Assembly (NCBI GenBank): GCA_025839675.1
Contig: CP104013.1
Location: forward strand, 3,720,001 to 3,752,000
DNA length: 32,000 nt
Direction of reading: 5' to 3'
Source of the DNA: Candidatus Lokiarchaeum ossiferum
GTDB lineage: Archaea; Asgardarchaeota; Lokiarchaeia; Sigyniarchaeales; Promethearchaeaceae
Both the position numbers and the translations under genes were made by a program. Below are positions 31,887 to 32,000 of the stretch, in pieces; position 1 is the stretch's first letter, and every line of letters begins with the position of its first letter. The notes under the pieces were generated by a model. It was not told where the DNA came from and ran no database searches. It saw only the letters and a list, made by a program, of their open reading frames with translations.

Positions 31887-32000
31887 TCAGAAACGATGGG
31901 CATTTTTACTTACGATTTTCCATCCAGATTTTGTTTTCAACAACAAAATATAGTTAATTTCTCCGATTTTTGTCTCATCTACTGAGTGCCAAGCAATTTT
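31887..32000 (-). CDS. Hypothetical protein, C-terminal fragment (gene enters from the right edge)
   Basis: An unbroken 37-codon reverse frame, KIAWHSVDETKIGEINYILLLKTKSGWKIVSKNAHRF, ends at the stop at 31887-31889. The ...GWKIV... ending resembles NTF2/SnoaL-like proteins, but the fragment is too short to assign. Confidence 0.35.
   Translation of the reverse strand, partial: KIAWHSVDETKIGEINYILLLKTKSGWKIVSKNAHRF

Noticed and set aside
1-32000. Scan for CRISPR arrays, rRNA, tRNA, IS elements, integrases, and prophage or defence-system signature genes.
   Set aside because: I saw no regularly spaced direct repeats, no rRNA-like or cloverleaf-forming segments, and no transposase or integrase motifs in any ORF. 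The only long-range repeat is the MFS 3'-end duplication, reported separately.

Overview
AT-rich, gene-dense 32-kb window with about 31 supportable protein-coding genes. I found no rRNA, tRNA, CRISPR array, transposase or integrase. Most genes are housekeeping or accessory: two GNAT acetyltransferases, an aldo/keto reductase with a Fe-S tail, an acyl-CoA dehydrogenase, two MFS transporters, a MarR regulator divergent from a MacB-type ABC exporter, methyltransferases, an MBL hydrolase, an SRPBCC protein and a DUF2202 ferritin-like protein. The most interesting locus is a tight three-gene cluster on the + strand at 21923-27087. It encodes (i) an 847-aa protein with a gelsolin-like N-terminus, about 430 aa of periodic helical/coiled-coil modules and two DUF11-like beta-sandwich repeats. 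It also encodes (ii) a 684-aa protein with longin/uDENN-like domains at both ends of a TPR-like solenoid, and (iii) an Arf-family small GTPase with a deviant P-loop and G4 motif. Together with an LRR gene and the archaeal-style poly-T terminators, this suggests an Asgard-group archaeon; that assignment is inference. The cluster looks like a candidate GTPase/longin/actin-regulator module that I cannot match to a described system. A second candidate lies on the - strand at 29751-31674: three paralogs of a small Cys-containing TIGR04076-like protein around an ATC-hydrolase-like gene, next to an overlapping MFS/MBL-hydrolase pair. Other points of note are as follows. A MASE3 membrane sensor has a small CxxC...CxxC module as its only output. 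A roughly 75-nt duplication of an MFS gene 3' end plus terminator brackets a 1.8-kb two-gene island. An LRR gene is broken by two -1 frameshifts. A G+C-enriched, self-complementary island sits in a 945-bp non-coding gap. All domain calls come from reading motifs by eye; no database search was run.
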